Assembly (NCBI GenBank): GCA_038215615.1 | Contig: JBBQQR010000003.1 | Span: forward strand, 64,001 to 128,000 | Origin: Vulcanimicrobiales bacterium | GTDB taxonomy: Bacteria > Vulcanimicrobiota > Vulcanimicrobiia > Vulcanimicrobiales > Vulcanimicrobiaceae | Reading direction: 5' to 3' | DNA length: 64,000 nt | Shown: piece after piece, positions 49,463 to 59,241 of the stretch | Layout of the letters: each line of letters starts with the position of its first letter | Position numbering within the stretch: the stretch's first letter is position 1 | Position numbers and translations under genes: made by a program | The notes under the pieces: generated by a model | Databases searched by the model: none | What the model saw: the letters and a program-made list of their open reading frames with translations, nothing else | Told to the model about the DNA's origin: nothing

Positions 49463-50242
49463 ATGATGATAAAAACTCTAGCCGCTATAGCGTTTTTTGG
49501 CGTACTGGTGCTTCCGCTTGCGAGCATGGCTGCCGATTCGGGGCAGACGACTATTTATGCGTCAGGACAAGCGACGGTATCGGGCGCGCCCGATACAGCG
49601 GTTGTTTCGTTCGCGATTGCCAGTCATGCATCGACGGCCGAACAGGCCACGAGCATCGGCAACTCCGTTTACGCCCACCTTAACACCGGGATGCGCACCA
49701 TCGGCATCGCGAGCGCCGACATAAAAACGACCAGCTATAACCTCAATCACGTTCCGCCTCCGCCGCCCTGCCCGCCGTTGCCGATGCAAGCGCAGACGCG
49801 GGCGAGCGCTGAATATCCCCAAATCGCGCCGTGCGTTCGAGACCCGCAGACATATGGCTATTTCGTCAACCGGTCGGTCAGCGTTACGACCCATCACTTG
49901 GATATCGTCGGAAAAATTATCGACACCGCGGTCGCAGCGGGTGTCAACAACGTCCAAGGCGTCGAGTACAGCATCGCGGATACGAAGTCGCTTTACTTGC
50001 GTGCGCTCGCTCAAGCCGTCGCTGCAGCTCGAACTCAAGCCAATGTCCTTGCAAGTGCGGCGGGCTTGCACATCGTGGGAGTCCAATCGATAAACGGACC
50101 GAACGAAGCGCCCGTTCGCGGCATGGCTGTTTTCAGGGCCAACGTAGCCGCGGACACTTACCAGGTCCCGACCCAAATGTCGCCGCCGTCAAGCCTCGAC
50201 GTGAGCGCCGGCGTCAGCGTGATTTACCTCGCGCACCCCTAA
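49463..50242 (+). CDS. SIMPL (DUF541) domain periplasmic protein
   Basis: Signal peptide, SGQATVSGAPD, IKTTSYNL, IIDTAVAAGVN, ALAQAVAAARTQA. Confidence 0.88.
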   Translation: MMIKTLAAIAFFGVLVLPLASMAADSGQTTIYASGQATVSGAPDTAVVSFAIASHASTAEQATSIGNSVYAHLNTGMRTIGIASADIKTTSYNLNHVPPPPPCPPLPMQAQTRASAEYPQIAPCVRDPQTYGYFVNRSVSVTTHHLDIVGKIIDTAVAAGVNNVQGVEYSIADTKSLYLRALAQAVAAARTQANVLASAAGLHIVGVQSINGPNEAPVRGMAVFRANVAADTYQVPTQMSPPSSLDVSAGVSVIYLAHP

Positions 50243-50280
50243 GCGAAACTCCCCGCGCCGCGCAAGGGTAGCATGACCAG

Positions 50281-52224
50281 ATGAGCGGGACGTGTGAACT
50301 CTGCGGCCGGCGGCCGGCGACCGTGCGCGAAGGCAAGAGCGATCTCTGCCCTTCTTGCGCCATGCGACGCCGCGCAACCAAAGCCGCCATTCCGTTGGCC
50401 GGCGCTGCGCTGACTGCTGCCGCGCTCGTCGCGGGCGGAGCCTTCCTGATCGAAAACATGAGCCGGCGCGAGGGCGGCGCCGCCAAACCCAACCCGATCG
50501 AAGATTGGACGCGACGCTTACGCCCGGGAACGCCGACGCTGGCGGCCTTCTCGCGCGACCTGACGGAACTCGCACGGATTGAAAAACTCGATCCAGTCAT
50601 CGGGCGCGCCGACGAAGTCGAACGCGTCATTTCGATTCTCGCGCGACGCAGCAAGAATAATCCGGTTCTCGTAGGCGAACCCGGGGTCGGAAAAACCGCG
50701 ATCGTGGAAGGCTTGGCGCAGCGCATCGTTTCCGGCGACGTGCCCGAAGCGCTTCGTAACAAGCGCGTGCTCGCGTTGTCATTGGGGCCGCTGGTTGCCG
50801 GCACCAAGTACCGCGGTGAGTTCGAAGGCCGCGTCAAAAAGATTCTCGACGAAGTGCGCCGCGCGTCGCGCGACGTGATCCTGTTCATCGACGAGCTTCA
50901 CACGCTGGTCGGAGCCGGAGCGGCCGAAGGTTCGCTCGACTTGAGCTCGATGATCAAACCGGAGCTCGCGCGCGGGGATTTGCAGTGCATCGGCGCGACC
51001 ACGTTCGACGAATACCGGAAATACATCGAGTCGGATGCCGCACTCGAGCGGCGGTTCCAGCCGGTCATGGTGAACGAGCCGACCATCGAGCAAACCGAAC
51101 TCATTTTGCGCGGGTTGCGCGAACGCTACGCGAGCCACCACGGCGTCGAGATTACCGACGACGCAGTAAAAGCTGCTGCATCGCTTTCGGCGCGGTACAT
51201 CGCCGACCGGTTCTTGCCCGATAAGGCGATCGACTTAATGGACGAGGCCGCCGCGTCGGTTGCGCTAGGCACCAAAGATCGGATCGGGCGTTCCACGGTC
51301 CATGCGGACGACGTCGCGGCGATTGTTACCAAGTGGACGGGCATACCGCAGACAACGCTCACCGAATCGCAGATCAACAATTTGCTTTCGCTGGAGCCGG
51401 TGCTGACCAAGCGGGTCATCGGGCAGAGCGAGGCGATCGGCGCCGTCAGCGAAGCCATCCGTCGCGCCCGCGCCGGCCTGCACGATCCGCGCAAACCGCT
51501 GGGGAGCTTTCTCTTCATGGGAAGCAGCGGCGTCGGCAAGACCGAGCTGGCGAAGGCGCTCGCCGAAGCTCTGTTCGGCAGCGAAGCCGCGCTCGTGCGT
51601 ATCGATCTCTCCGAGTTTACCGAAGCGCACACGATGTCGCGGCTGCTCGGCGCACCGCCGGGATACCAGGGGCACGACGAGCCCGCGCAACTAACCGAAC
51701 CGGTGCGGCGCAGGCCCTACTGCGTCGTGCTGTTTGACGAACTTGAGAAAGCGCACCCCGACGTCGCGGCTATTCTCTTGCAGATCCTCGACGACGGCCG
51801 AGTGACCGACGCCAAAGGCCGCACGATCGATTTTCGTCACGCGCTGATCATCATGACCACGAACCTTTCCGACGAGGAACTTCCTATCGCGTTCCGTCCG
51901 GAGTTTCTCAACCGTATCGACGACGTCGTGCATTTCAACACGCTGGGACTTGAGCAGATAGAACAAATCGTCGCGATACACGTCGAATCGTTGGCCGGAC
52001 GGTTGGGAGCGCGAGACGTGACGCTGCAACTCTCACCCGACGCCCGAAGTTTTTTAGCGCGGGAGGCGATGAGCGCGGGCAGCGGGGCGCGCTACGTTCA
52101 CAGGATCGTGGCGCGGCACGTGAGCACGCCGCTCTCGTCCGCTATCCTGCGCGGCGAGCTTCCCAAGGGCTCAGCTGCGGACGTTACTTTCGAGGCCGGC
52201 GCGCTGGTTGTCCGCGCCGCTTAG
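50281..52224 (+). CDS. Atypical Hsp100/Clp ATPase (two AAA+ modules, N-terminal Zn finger and hydrophobic segment)
   Basis: [53 protein letters not shown]. Confidence 0.92.
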   Translation: MSGTCELCGRRPATVREGKSDLCPSCAMRRRATKAAIPLAGAALTAAALVAGGAFLIENMSRREGGAAKPNPIEDWTRRLRPGTPTLAAFSRDLTELARIEKLDPVIGRADEVERVISILARRSKNNPVLVGEPGVGKTAIVEGLAQRIVSGDVPEALRNKRVLALSLGPLVAGTKYRGEFEGRVKKILDEVRRASRDVILFIDELHTLVGAGAAEGSLDLSSMIKPELARGDLQCIGATTFDEYRKYIESDAALERRFQPVMVNEPTIEQTELILRGLRERYASHHGVEITDDAVKAAASLSARYIADRFLPDKAIDLMDEAAASVALGTKDRIGRSTVHADDVAAIVTKWTGIPQTTLTESQINNLLSLEPVLTKRVIGQSEAIGAVSEAIRRARAGLHDPRKPLGSFLFMGSSGVGKTELAKALAEALFGSEAALVRIDLSEFTEAHTMSRLLGAPPGYQGHDEPAQLTEPVRRRPYCVVLFDELEKAHPDVAAILLQILDDGRVTDAKGRTIDFRHALIIMTTNLSDEELPIAFRPEFLNRIDDVVHFNTLGLEQIEQIVAIHVESLAGRLGARDVTLQLSPDARSFLAREAMSAGSGARYVHRIVARHVSTPLSSAILRGELPKGSAADVTFEAGALVVRAA

Positions 52225-52773
52225 GTTACGATCTTCCGCCAGCCACGAGTCTTCGATCTCCACGCGGTCCATATGAAGCGGGTAGGTGCCGCTGGGATGA
52301 CGCCGATCGTACGCGCGCGAGCGCGCAATTAAGTATTCAAAGTTGTCATACACGACCGGGCCGCGGATGCGCCGCCGGATCGCGATCACTTGACTCAGGA
52401 GCTTCCAGTACATTTCCGGCGTGCTGTTGTCAAAGTAGAGATCTTCCGGTATCAGTCCGTTTTTTACGATCGAACCCAGTCGCTCGTAGTAGTCGCAGAC
52501 GAGCAATTCCTTATGAATTTTGCGATCGGGCTGCGGTTTTTCTAGTTCGCGCCTGAAGTTGGCGTCGCGCAATCGCGTTTCGAGTTCGTGGCTTACGAAG
52601 AGCAGAGCTTCGTTCAGTATTGGGTCGTACGGCAAACTTAAGATTGCCAGCAACGCCTCCAGCTGGTTGCTGACGCGCAGGTGCCGCAGTTGGACGAGCG
52701 CTGCAATCGCCGTCGCCGCAATGACCAGAAATGTTCCGACCGCCGCTGCCGTGCTGAGCGCTTCGAGGGTCAC
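52171..52773 (-). CDS. DUF4760-like membrane-anchored protein
   Basis: TM helix, [35 protein letters not shown] overlaps the tlpA stop. Confidence 0.65.
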   Translation of the reverse strand: MTLEALSTAAAVGTFLVIAATAIAALVQLRHLRVSNQLEALLAILSLPYDPILNEALLFVSHELETRLRDANFRRELEKPQPDRKIHKELLVCDYYERLGSIVKNGLIPEDLYFDNSTPEMYWKLLSQVIAIRRRIRGPVVYDNFEYLIARSRAYDRRHPSGTYPLHMDRVEIEDSWLAEDRNLSGADNQRAGLESNVRS

Positions 52774-53258
52774 AGAATGCCTTGCACGTTCTTCTGAATG
52801 TCGGCGTGCGACATTTCGCCGGCGACGATTTTCCGGATGACGCCGTCTCGGCCGATGAAGACGTGCACCGGCAATCCGTTGATCAAGTATTGCCCTTGAA
52901 GCGGGCCACTATCGACGACCGCCGGATAGCTCAAGTGGAATTGCGTGCGGAACGCTTGGGCTTGGCGCGCATTTTCTAATTCGTCGATGCCTACGACGTG
53001 CAATCCGCGAGCGGCATACTGCTGCTGCATCTGGTTGATGAACGGAGCCTCGTCCCTACAGGGCGGGCACCACGTCGCGAAAAAATTCAGGTAAACGGGC
53101 TTCCCGCGCATCGACGATAGCGTCAGCGTTGCCCCCGTCGACGTCGGCATCGTCCAATCCGGTGCTGGTTGGCCGGCTTGCGCGATGTGTTTTGAGTTTT
53201 GCGAACATGCCGCTGCAAAAAGCGCAACACACGCGAGGGCGACGCGATATTTTATCAT
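52770..53258 (-). CDS. TlpA/ResA-like thiol-disulfide oxidoreductase lipoprotein
   Basis: Lipobox AAAC, NFFATWCPPC, GLPVHVFI. Confidence 0.9.
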   Translation of the reverse strand: MIKYRVALACVALFAAACSQNSKHIAQAGQPAPDWTMPTSTGATLTLSSMRGKPVYLNFFATWCPPCRDEAPFINQMQQQYAARGLHVVGIDELENARQAQAFRTQFHLSYPAVVDSGPLQGQYLINGLPVHVFIGRDGVIRKIVAGEMSHADIQKNVQGIL

Positions 53259-53260
53259 CG

Positions 53261-54178
53261 CTAGCCGAACGCCGGGTAGGGAACAGCGCGAGCGTCATCT
53301 TCCATTTGCGCGAGCAGTTCGTCCGCGTTTGCGAATTTCCGCTGCTCGCGGACGAAAGAGAGATCGCGCAGCGCCAGCTCGTGGCCGTAAATCGTGTGGT
53401 GGAAATCGCGCAGCCACGCTTCCACCGTCCGGGCTTTCCCGTCGAACGTCGGGTTCGTTCCGATCGAAACGAGCGTTGCGTAATCGCGCCCTTCGTGGCG
53501 GGCTGTCCCGGCGTAGACCCCATCGCACGGCAGCAGTTTTCCCGGAACGGCAAGGTTGGCCGTGGGAAAGCCTAAGCCGTGGCCGCGACCCGCACCTGCG
53601 ATAACTTTTCCACGAAGTTCGTATGGGTGGCCGAGCAAGCGGTCCGCGTCGGGTATTGCACCGTCGGCGATCAGTTTCCGAATGCGCGTGCTGGAAATGC
53701 GCTCGCCGTTTTCGTCGGCTGCGATTTCGACCGGTGCAAACTCCACGCCGTTTTCGCGCAAAACGTGCTCCATCAGCGCGACGTCGCCTTCGCGAGCATG
53801 CCCAAAGCGAAAAGTACGCCCGACGGCAACCCCGCGCACACCTACATTTTCGATCAGCGTTTTCTTCAGAAACTCATCGGGTGTCTGATTCGCAACGGCG
53901 GAGTCGAACGGAACGAAAAAACACTCCTCGTAACCCGCGCGCGCCAAGAGGTCGACGCGTTCTTCCGGCGTCGTAATGAAAGGCGGCTCGGTACCGGGAC
54001 GCAAAAAAGCAGAGGGGTGATTCGAAAACGTGAGCACGCCCGAGCTCCAACCAGGTTTGCGAAGCTCGCGCGTTTTTCGCGCGATGTCGCGGTGGCCGCG
54101 ATGCATACCGTCAAAAAAACCGATCGCCAGCACGAGGGGTGTTTCATCCCGGCGCTCGAGCGAGTAGTGTATTTTCAA
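53261..54178 (-). CDS. ribF: Bifunctional riboflavin kinase/FAD synthetase
   Basis: IGFFDGMHRGH, ISSTRIR, GFPTAN, IGTNPTF. Confidence 0.96.
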   Translation of the reverse strand: MKIHYSLERRDETPLVLAIGFFDGMHRGHRDIARKTRELRKPGWSSGVLTFSNHPSAFLRPGTEPPFITTPEERVDLLARAGYEECFFVPFDSAVANQTPDEFLKKTLIENVGVRGVAVGRTFRFGHAREGDVALMEHVLRENGVEFAPVEIAADENGERISSTRIRKLIADGAIPDADRLLGHPYELRGKVIAGAGRGHGLGFPTANLAVPGKLLPCDGVYAGTARHEGRDYATLVSIGTNPTFDGKARTVEAWLRDFHHTIYGHELALRDLSFVREQRKFANADELLAQMEDDARAVPYPAFG

Positions 54179-55047
54179 AGAAACACTTTGCGTGGCGCTA
54201 ACAATGCGCCGTGCGTTTCGCCCACGCCGACGAGCGTTCGCGACGCGTCGCGAACGAAGACGTGCTTGGCAGGCGCGCCGGCGGGCAGCGGCACCATGCG
54301 GCCCGCGCGAAAATCCGCCGAATGACGCAAGTCGAGCACGATCGTCGGGAACGGAATGATCGCTTCGGGTGCGATGAGCGCATCATTCGGTGCGTCCGCG
54401 ATCTGCTCCAGTGTCCGGCTTTCCTGCAGTAAGAACGCGCCCGATCCCTCGCGCACCAGTGCCCCCATATGCGCGGGCAACCCGATCGCTTTCCCAAGGT
54501 CTTCGCACAGCGTCCGAACGTACGTGCCTTCGCTGCAGGCAACGCGCAAACGCGCAACCTGGTTTTCGGCTCCGAGAAACGTTAAGCCGTAGATCGTGAC
54601 CGGACGCGCTTTTCGTTCGACGATTTTGCCTTCGCGCGCAAGTTCGTACAAACGTTTGCCGTCGTGATGGACCGAACTGTACATCGGCGGGACTTGCTCG
54701 ATTCTTCCCAGGAACTCCGGCAACGCATCTTTCAGCCGTTCGATCCAGTTGACGGACAGCGGCGTTTCTTCCAGCGCTTCTCCGTGGGCGTCGGCTGTCG
54801 TGGTGCTCCGGCCCGGAACAAACGCGCACACGTAGGCTTTGCGCTGGTCGGTGAGCAGCGGAATGAGGCGCGTCGCTTTGCCGATTGCAACCGGCAGCAC
54901 GCCGGCGGCTTGGGGATCGAGCGTTCCTAGGTGGCCGGCGGCAATTCGTGTGTCGCGCCCGTACAGTCCGTAGATCCGGCGAATCCGCGCAACGACGTGC
55001 GCTGACGTCGGTCCGGCGGGCTTAAAGACGTTGACGAAACCGATCAG
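54175..55047 (-). CDS. truB: tRNA pseudouridine(55) synthase (probable CTG start)
   Basis: The frame extends upstream of the ORF-track start as LIGFVNVFKPAGPTSAHVV...GHLGTLDPQAAGVLP; QVPPMYS, GTYVRTL. Confidence 0.93.
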   Translation of the reverse strand: MIGFVNVFKPAGPTSAHVVARIRRIYGLYGRDTRIAAGHLGTLDPQAAGVLPVAIGKATRLIPLLTDQRKAYVCAFVPGRSTTTADAHGEALEETPLSVNWIERLKDALPEFLGRIEQVPPMYSSVHHDGKRLYELAREGKIVERKARPVTIYGLTFLGAENQVARLRVACSEGTYVRTLCEDLGKAIGLPAHMGALVREGSGAFLLQESRTLEQIADAPNDALIAPEAIIPFPTIVLDLRHSADFRAGRMVPLPAGAPAKHVFVRDASRTLVGVGETHGALLAPRKVFL

Positions 55048-55058
55048 GAGCGTGGCCC

Positions 55059-56039
55059 CTATAGGCCTTCTGCAACCAACGCCGCGTCGACCGCGGCGAT
55101 CGCGTCCGGCAGCGACCCCGTGTACGTGAGACCCGACGCGCGAAAATGTCCGCCGCCGCCCAATCTCGAGGCTGCGGCTTGCACGTTGATGCGTCCGCTG
55201 CTGCGCAGACTCACCCGAATCTCGCCGTCGTATGACTTGAAAAGCGCGGCCGCTTCAACGCCTTCGACCGACCGCAGATAACCGATGATTTCCTCAGTGT
55301 CTTCGCCGTCGGCGTGACATTCGGCCAGCATCGCGTCGTCGACGAAGGACCACATGTAGCGCCCTTCATGCGCCGTCTTCGCTTCATCGAGCGCGCGCCC
55401 TAACAATTTCAGGGCCGGAAAGCGCTTGTTGGCAAAAATTTCTTCGGTGATTTGCTCTTTGTTGGCGCCCGAGCCGATCAGTTCGGCCGAAAGCATGAGC
55501 ACTTCGGGCGTCGTGTTGCTATGCATGAAACCGCCCGTGTCGGTCATGATCGTCGTCAGCAAACAGGTTGCGATCTCCGGCGTAATCGGCACGTTCATCG
55601 CGCGCAGCAAATGCATGACGCACGTACCCGTGGAGCACTCGTGGGGCAGCACGTAATTCAGCGCGCCGAAATGGGCGTTCCCCAAATGATGATCGATGTC
55701 CAGAATATTCTCGCGCGAGAGTTGGGGCAGCGACTCGCCGGCGCGCGCGGTATCGCTCATATCGCAGAACACCCAGAGCGCGTCGGGCGGGAAGTCGGCC
55801 GGCACGACGCTGCTTACGAGCTCTGCATCTGCGAGAAATCGAAGATTGCGCGGGATCGTCTCCCCTTGGAAATAGTGGACGCGCTTGCCGAGGTGCTTTA
55901 GAGCTAAGCCGAGCGCCAAACCGGCGCCCAGCGTGTCGCCATCGGGCTTCACGTGACTGACCATCACGAACGCTTCGCGCTTACGAAGCTCGGCGACGAC
56001 TTCTTCGGTCGTCGCAGCCACCGGTTTCTCGCCGATCAC
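55059..56039 (-). CDS. nrnA: DHH/DHHA1 family oligoribonuclease / pAp phosphatase
   Basis: HVKPDGD, IDHH, TDTGGF, VSLRS, GGGGH. Confidence 0.9.
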   Translation of the reverse strand: MIGEKPVAATTEEVVAELRKREAFVMVSHVKPDGDTLGAGLALGLALKHLGKRVHYFQGETIPRNLRFLADAELVSSVVPADFPPDALWVFCDMSDTARAGESLPQLSRENILDIDHHLGNAHFGALNYVLPHECSTGTCVMHLLRAMNVPITPEIATCLLTTIMTDTGGFMHSNTTPEVLMLSAELIGSGANKEQITEEIFANKRFPALKLLGRALDEAKTAHEGRYMWSFVDDAMLAECHADGEDTEEIIGYLRSVEGVEAAALFKSYDGEIRVSLRSSGRINVQAAASRLGGGGHFRASGLTYTGSLPDAIAAVDAALVAEGL

Positions 56040-56389
56040 TGGTTCGCGCCCCGCGCGTCTTCGCGCAGCGTTTTAGCCAGCGCGATCGCGCGCTCGGTCG
56101 AGCGATCTTCGATGAACGTGAGCGCAGGCGTATGGCGCAACGCGATTTGATGGCCGAGCTCACCGCGTAAAAACCCCGTCGCGCCGGACAAGGCATCCAT
56201 CGTTTGGCGCGCGACGTGGCGGTCGCCGATGATCGAGACGAAGACTTTCGCGTGCTGCAGATCTTGAGATATCTCGACGCGCGTCACCGTCGTAAAGCCC
56301 AAGCGGGGATCTTTCAGTTCTTGCGTGATGAGCGTTCCCAGAACACGCTGAACTTCGTGGTCGATCCGCTGGAGCCGCTGCTTGTTCAT
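56036..56389 (-). CDS. rbfA: 30S ribosome-binding factor A
   Basis: LKDPRLG, DLQHAKVFVS, LRHTPALTF. Confidence 0.96.
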   Translation of the reverse strand: MNKQRLQRIDHEVQRVLGTLITQELKDPRLGFTTVTRVEISQDLQHAKVFVSIIGDRHVARQTMDALSGATGFLRGELGHQIALRHTPALTFIEDRSTERAIALAKTLREDARGANQ

Positions 56390-58848
56390 GCCGGCGCCAA
56401 TTCCGCCGCCACCGTTTCGATGGCGTAAGCCTCGATGATATCGCCCTGTTTAAGGTCTTGGTAGCGCGCAATTTGTATGCCGCACTCAAAGCCTTCGGCC
56501 ACTTCGCGCGCATCGTCTTTGAAGCGCCGCAGCGATTCGATCTCGCCGTCGAAGATCACGGCGCTGTCGCGCAGCACGCGCACTTTGGCGTTGCGCGCAA
56601 TCTTGCCGTCCTTCACGTAGCAGCCGGCGATGCTTCCCACTTTGCTGACCTTGAAGATTTCGCGTACTTCGGCGTGACCCAGGGTGACTTCGCGCTTCAC
56701 CGGCGCGAGCATACCGCGCATGGCTTTCTTCAGATCGTCTTCGACTTCGTAAATGACTTGATAGAAGCGCAAGTCGACGCCTTCGTTCTCGGCCAGCCGC
56801 TTTGCCGTCTCGTCGGGCCGCACGTTGAAACCTATGAGCACGCCGTTCGAGGCGCTCGCGAGGTTGACGTCGTTGGGCGTAACCGCTCCGACGGCTCCGT
56901 GAATAACGCGAATGTCGACTTCCCCGGTTGAGAGCGATTCCATACGCGTGCGCAACGCTTCGACCGAACCTTGCGCGTCGGCTTTGATGATGAGATTGAG
57001 CGTCTTCTTACCTTCGGCCGGCATCGACATAAACGTCTCGAGCGAAACCTTTTGTCCACCCGCGGCTTCAATGCGCACGTCGCGCCGCCGCGTCTTGCGC
57101 TTGTCGGCAGCTTCGCGCGCAACGCGTTCGTCGCTCACAACCATCAGGGCGTCACCCGCCGAAGGAACGTCTTGCAAGCCCATGACCTCGACCGGAATCG
57201 AAGGTCCGGCTTTCTTCACTTGCTTGCCGGTGTCGTCAACGAGCGCGCGGATTTTTCCGAACGTTCCGCCGGCGACGACGATGTCGCCCACGCGCAGCGT
57301 TCCGTTTTGTACGAGCACCGTGGCGACGGCTCCGCGACCGCGATCGAGGCGCGCTTCGATCACCGCGCCGGTGGCGCGGCGGTTCGAGTTCGCTCGAAGA
57401 TTGCGGATATCGGCCTCGAGCAGCACCGTTTCCAGCAGCTTGTCGATGCCGTCACCCGTGCGCGCCGAAACCGGAACCATTTCGATCGTGCCGCCCCAGT
57501 CGACGGCTTGCAAGCCCTCTTCGGAGAGTTGTTGTTTTACGCGTTCGGGCTGCGCTTCGGCCCGGTCCATTTTGTTCATGGCAACGACGATCGGCACGCC
57601 GGCGGCTTTGATATGCGCGATTGCCTCTTTGGTTTGCGGCATGACGCCGTCGTCGGCGGCTACCACCAGGACGGCGACATCGGTAACTTTCGCTCCGCGT
57701 GCGCGCATCTCGGTGAACGCCTCGTGACCGGGCGTGTCGATAAACGTGATCTTGCGATTATTGAGTTCGACCGTGTACGCACCGATGCGCTGCGTGATGC
57801 CGCCGGCTTCGCCGCCCGCGACGTTCGCGCTGCGAATCTTGTCGAGCAGCGAGGTCTTGCCGTGATCCACGTGCCCCAGCACCGTAACGACGGGCGGACG
57901 AGGCGTGAGCATCTCGGGCTTATCTTCCTCTTGCTCGACGGTAACTTCTTCCCCGGCTTCTTTTACAACCGCATTGAAGCCGAACTTCTTTGCGACCGAA
58001 ATGGCGACGTCGCTCGGAATGTTTTGATTGATGGTCGCCATCGTGCCCATCTTGATCAGTTCGCCGATAATATCTTTGGCCGGAACGATCATCGAAGTCG
58101 CCAGCTCTTGCACGGTGAGCAAATCGGGAATTTCAATCGTCTCGAGCTTGGCGGCCGGCGGCGGCGCAACGGCCTCGGGCCGTTTCTTCCGCGTGCGCTC
58201 TTTTTCGATCAGCAGCTCTTTCTCGCGATCTTTCTTGCTGAGCTTGTCCTCGTGCGCGCCGCGCACGCGATCGCCCGGGCGTCCACCGGAGCTGGGGGCG
58301 GGGCCGTCGGTAACCGCACCGATGGGACGGAACGGACGCGGCGGCGTGAGCGGGCGGAATGGTCCGTTGCCTTGCGGCCTGCGCACCGGCGCGGCTTGAA
58401 TCAGACGTCCGGGTTGAGGAACGCGCGGAGCGGGAGAAGCGGATACCGAGGTGGTCGGCGGAGGCGCGGCAGGACGCGCGGTTCCGTCGCCGGTGCGCGG
58501 CGTGACGGGCTTGACTGCCGGTCGGCGCGTCGCCGTGACGGGTTTGAGCGTCGGGATCGGTTCGGGTGCGGGCTCTTCGGCTTGGTCGGGTTCGGCCGCT
58601 TCGGGCTTGACGGCGCGCTTGGGCGCAGCTTTAGGCGGCCCCGCGGCTGCCGTAGCGGGCGCTTTGGGCGCCGGCGGCTTGGCCAAGACTTTTCGAACGA
58701 GGTCTGCGATTTGGTCGGGAACGACGCTGAGCTGATTTTTTGCTTCAAAGACGCCGGTCAAGCGCTCGTTGAAGAGCGCGATCAACTCTTTTGAAGTGAG
58801 TCCGACCTCTTTTGCGAGCTCGAATATCCGAACTTTTCCGGTAGCCAA
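56386..58848 (-). CDS. infB: Translation initiation factor IF-2 (TTG start)
   Basis: RIFELAKE, GHVDHGKT, GGITQ, DTPGH, NKMD, GFECG. Confidence 0.98.
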   Translation of the reverse strand: MATGKVRIFELAKEVGLTSKELIALFNERLTGVFEAKNQLSVVPDQIADLVRKVLAKPPAPKAPATAAAGPPKAAPKRAVKPEAAEPDQAEEPAPEPIPTLKPVTATRRPAVKPVTPRTGDGTARPAAPPPTTSVSASPAPRVPQPGRLIQAAPVRRPQGNGPFRPLTPPRPFRPIGAVTDGPAPSSGGRPGDRVRGAHEDKLSKKDREKELLIEKERTRKKRPEAVAPPPAAKLETIEIPDLLTVQELATSMIVPAKDIIGELIKMGTMATINQNIPSDVAISVAKKFGFNAVVKEAGEEVTVEQEEDKPEMLTPRPPVVTVLGHVDHGKTSLLDKIRSANVAGGEAGGITQRIGAYTVELNNRKITFIDTPGHEAFTEMRARGAKVTDVAVLVVAADDGVMPQTKEAIAHIKAAGVPIVVAMNKMDRAEAQPERVKQQLSEEGLQAVDWGGTIEMVPVSARTGDGIDKLLETVLLEADIRNLRANSNRRATGAVIEARLDRGRGAVATVLVQNGTLRVGDIVVAGGTFGKIRALVDDTGKQVKKAGPSIPVEVMGLQDVPSAGDALMVVSDERVAREAADKRKTRRRDVRIEAAGGQKVSLETFMSMPAEGKKTLNLIIKADAQGSVEALRTRMESLSTGEVDIRVIHGAVGAVTPNDVNLASASNGVLIGFNVRPDETAKRLAENEGVDLRFYQVIYEVEDDLKKAMRGMLAPVKREVTLGHAEVREIFKVSKVGSIAGCYVKDGKIARNAKVRVLRDSAVIFDGEIESLRRFKDDAREVAEGFECGIQIARYQDLKQGDIIEAYAIETVAAELAPA

Positions 58849-58990
58849 AGTTTGCCTTTCACGTTCGCAGGCGTGTAAGTGTACCTCGGAACGTAAGCCG
58901 AGAACGCCTGCGCCGTCCTCACCTCATGCTACGCTCCTTGGTGGCGCGCCCAGCGCGCCTAATCATAGTAGTTGTGCATCATCATTTCAC
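58849..58990 (-). promoter_or_regulatory. Candidate internal promoter and structured infB leader with a mini-ORF
   Basis: GTGAAA-N17-TATGAT; hairpin GGCGCGC/GCGCGCC; AAGGAG-N6-ATG AGG TGA; stem CGCAGGCGT/ACGCCTGCG. Confidence 0.55.
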
Positions 58991-59236
58991 AGAAGTCGAA
59001 CCTTGTTGAGACACATCTTCGGCAGCCGCAGATGCAAGCCCCGGATAGCGGCGGTTCTTCTGCGCCAGCTTGAGGCAATCCGGGGAGGCGCACAAGTAGG
59101 TTCCGCGCCCCGATAGGCGCTTTGCCGGGTCGGCACGCCACTCCCGCGGCCCCGTGCGGACGAACCGCCGGAGGACCGCCTGGGGCCGGCGCTCGCGGCA
59201 CCCGGCGCACTGGCGGGCCGGAACATGCCCGACCAC
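58982..59236 (-). CDS. ylxR: YlxR/DUF448 family RNA-binding protein
   Basis: PARQCAGCRERR, LRRFV, GRGTYLC; located between nusA and infB. Confidence 0.88.
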   Translation of the reverse strand: MVGHVPARQCAGCRERRPQAVLRRFVRTGPREWRADPAKRLSGRGTYLCASPDCLKLAQKNRRYPGLASAAAEDVSQQGSTSVK

Positions 59237-59241
59237 GGTGC

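Noticed and set aside
58959..58985. MMMHNYYD micro-ORF overlapping the ylxR stop
   Set aside because: It coincides with the candidate promoter spacer and -10, which explain the AT-rich sequence more simply
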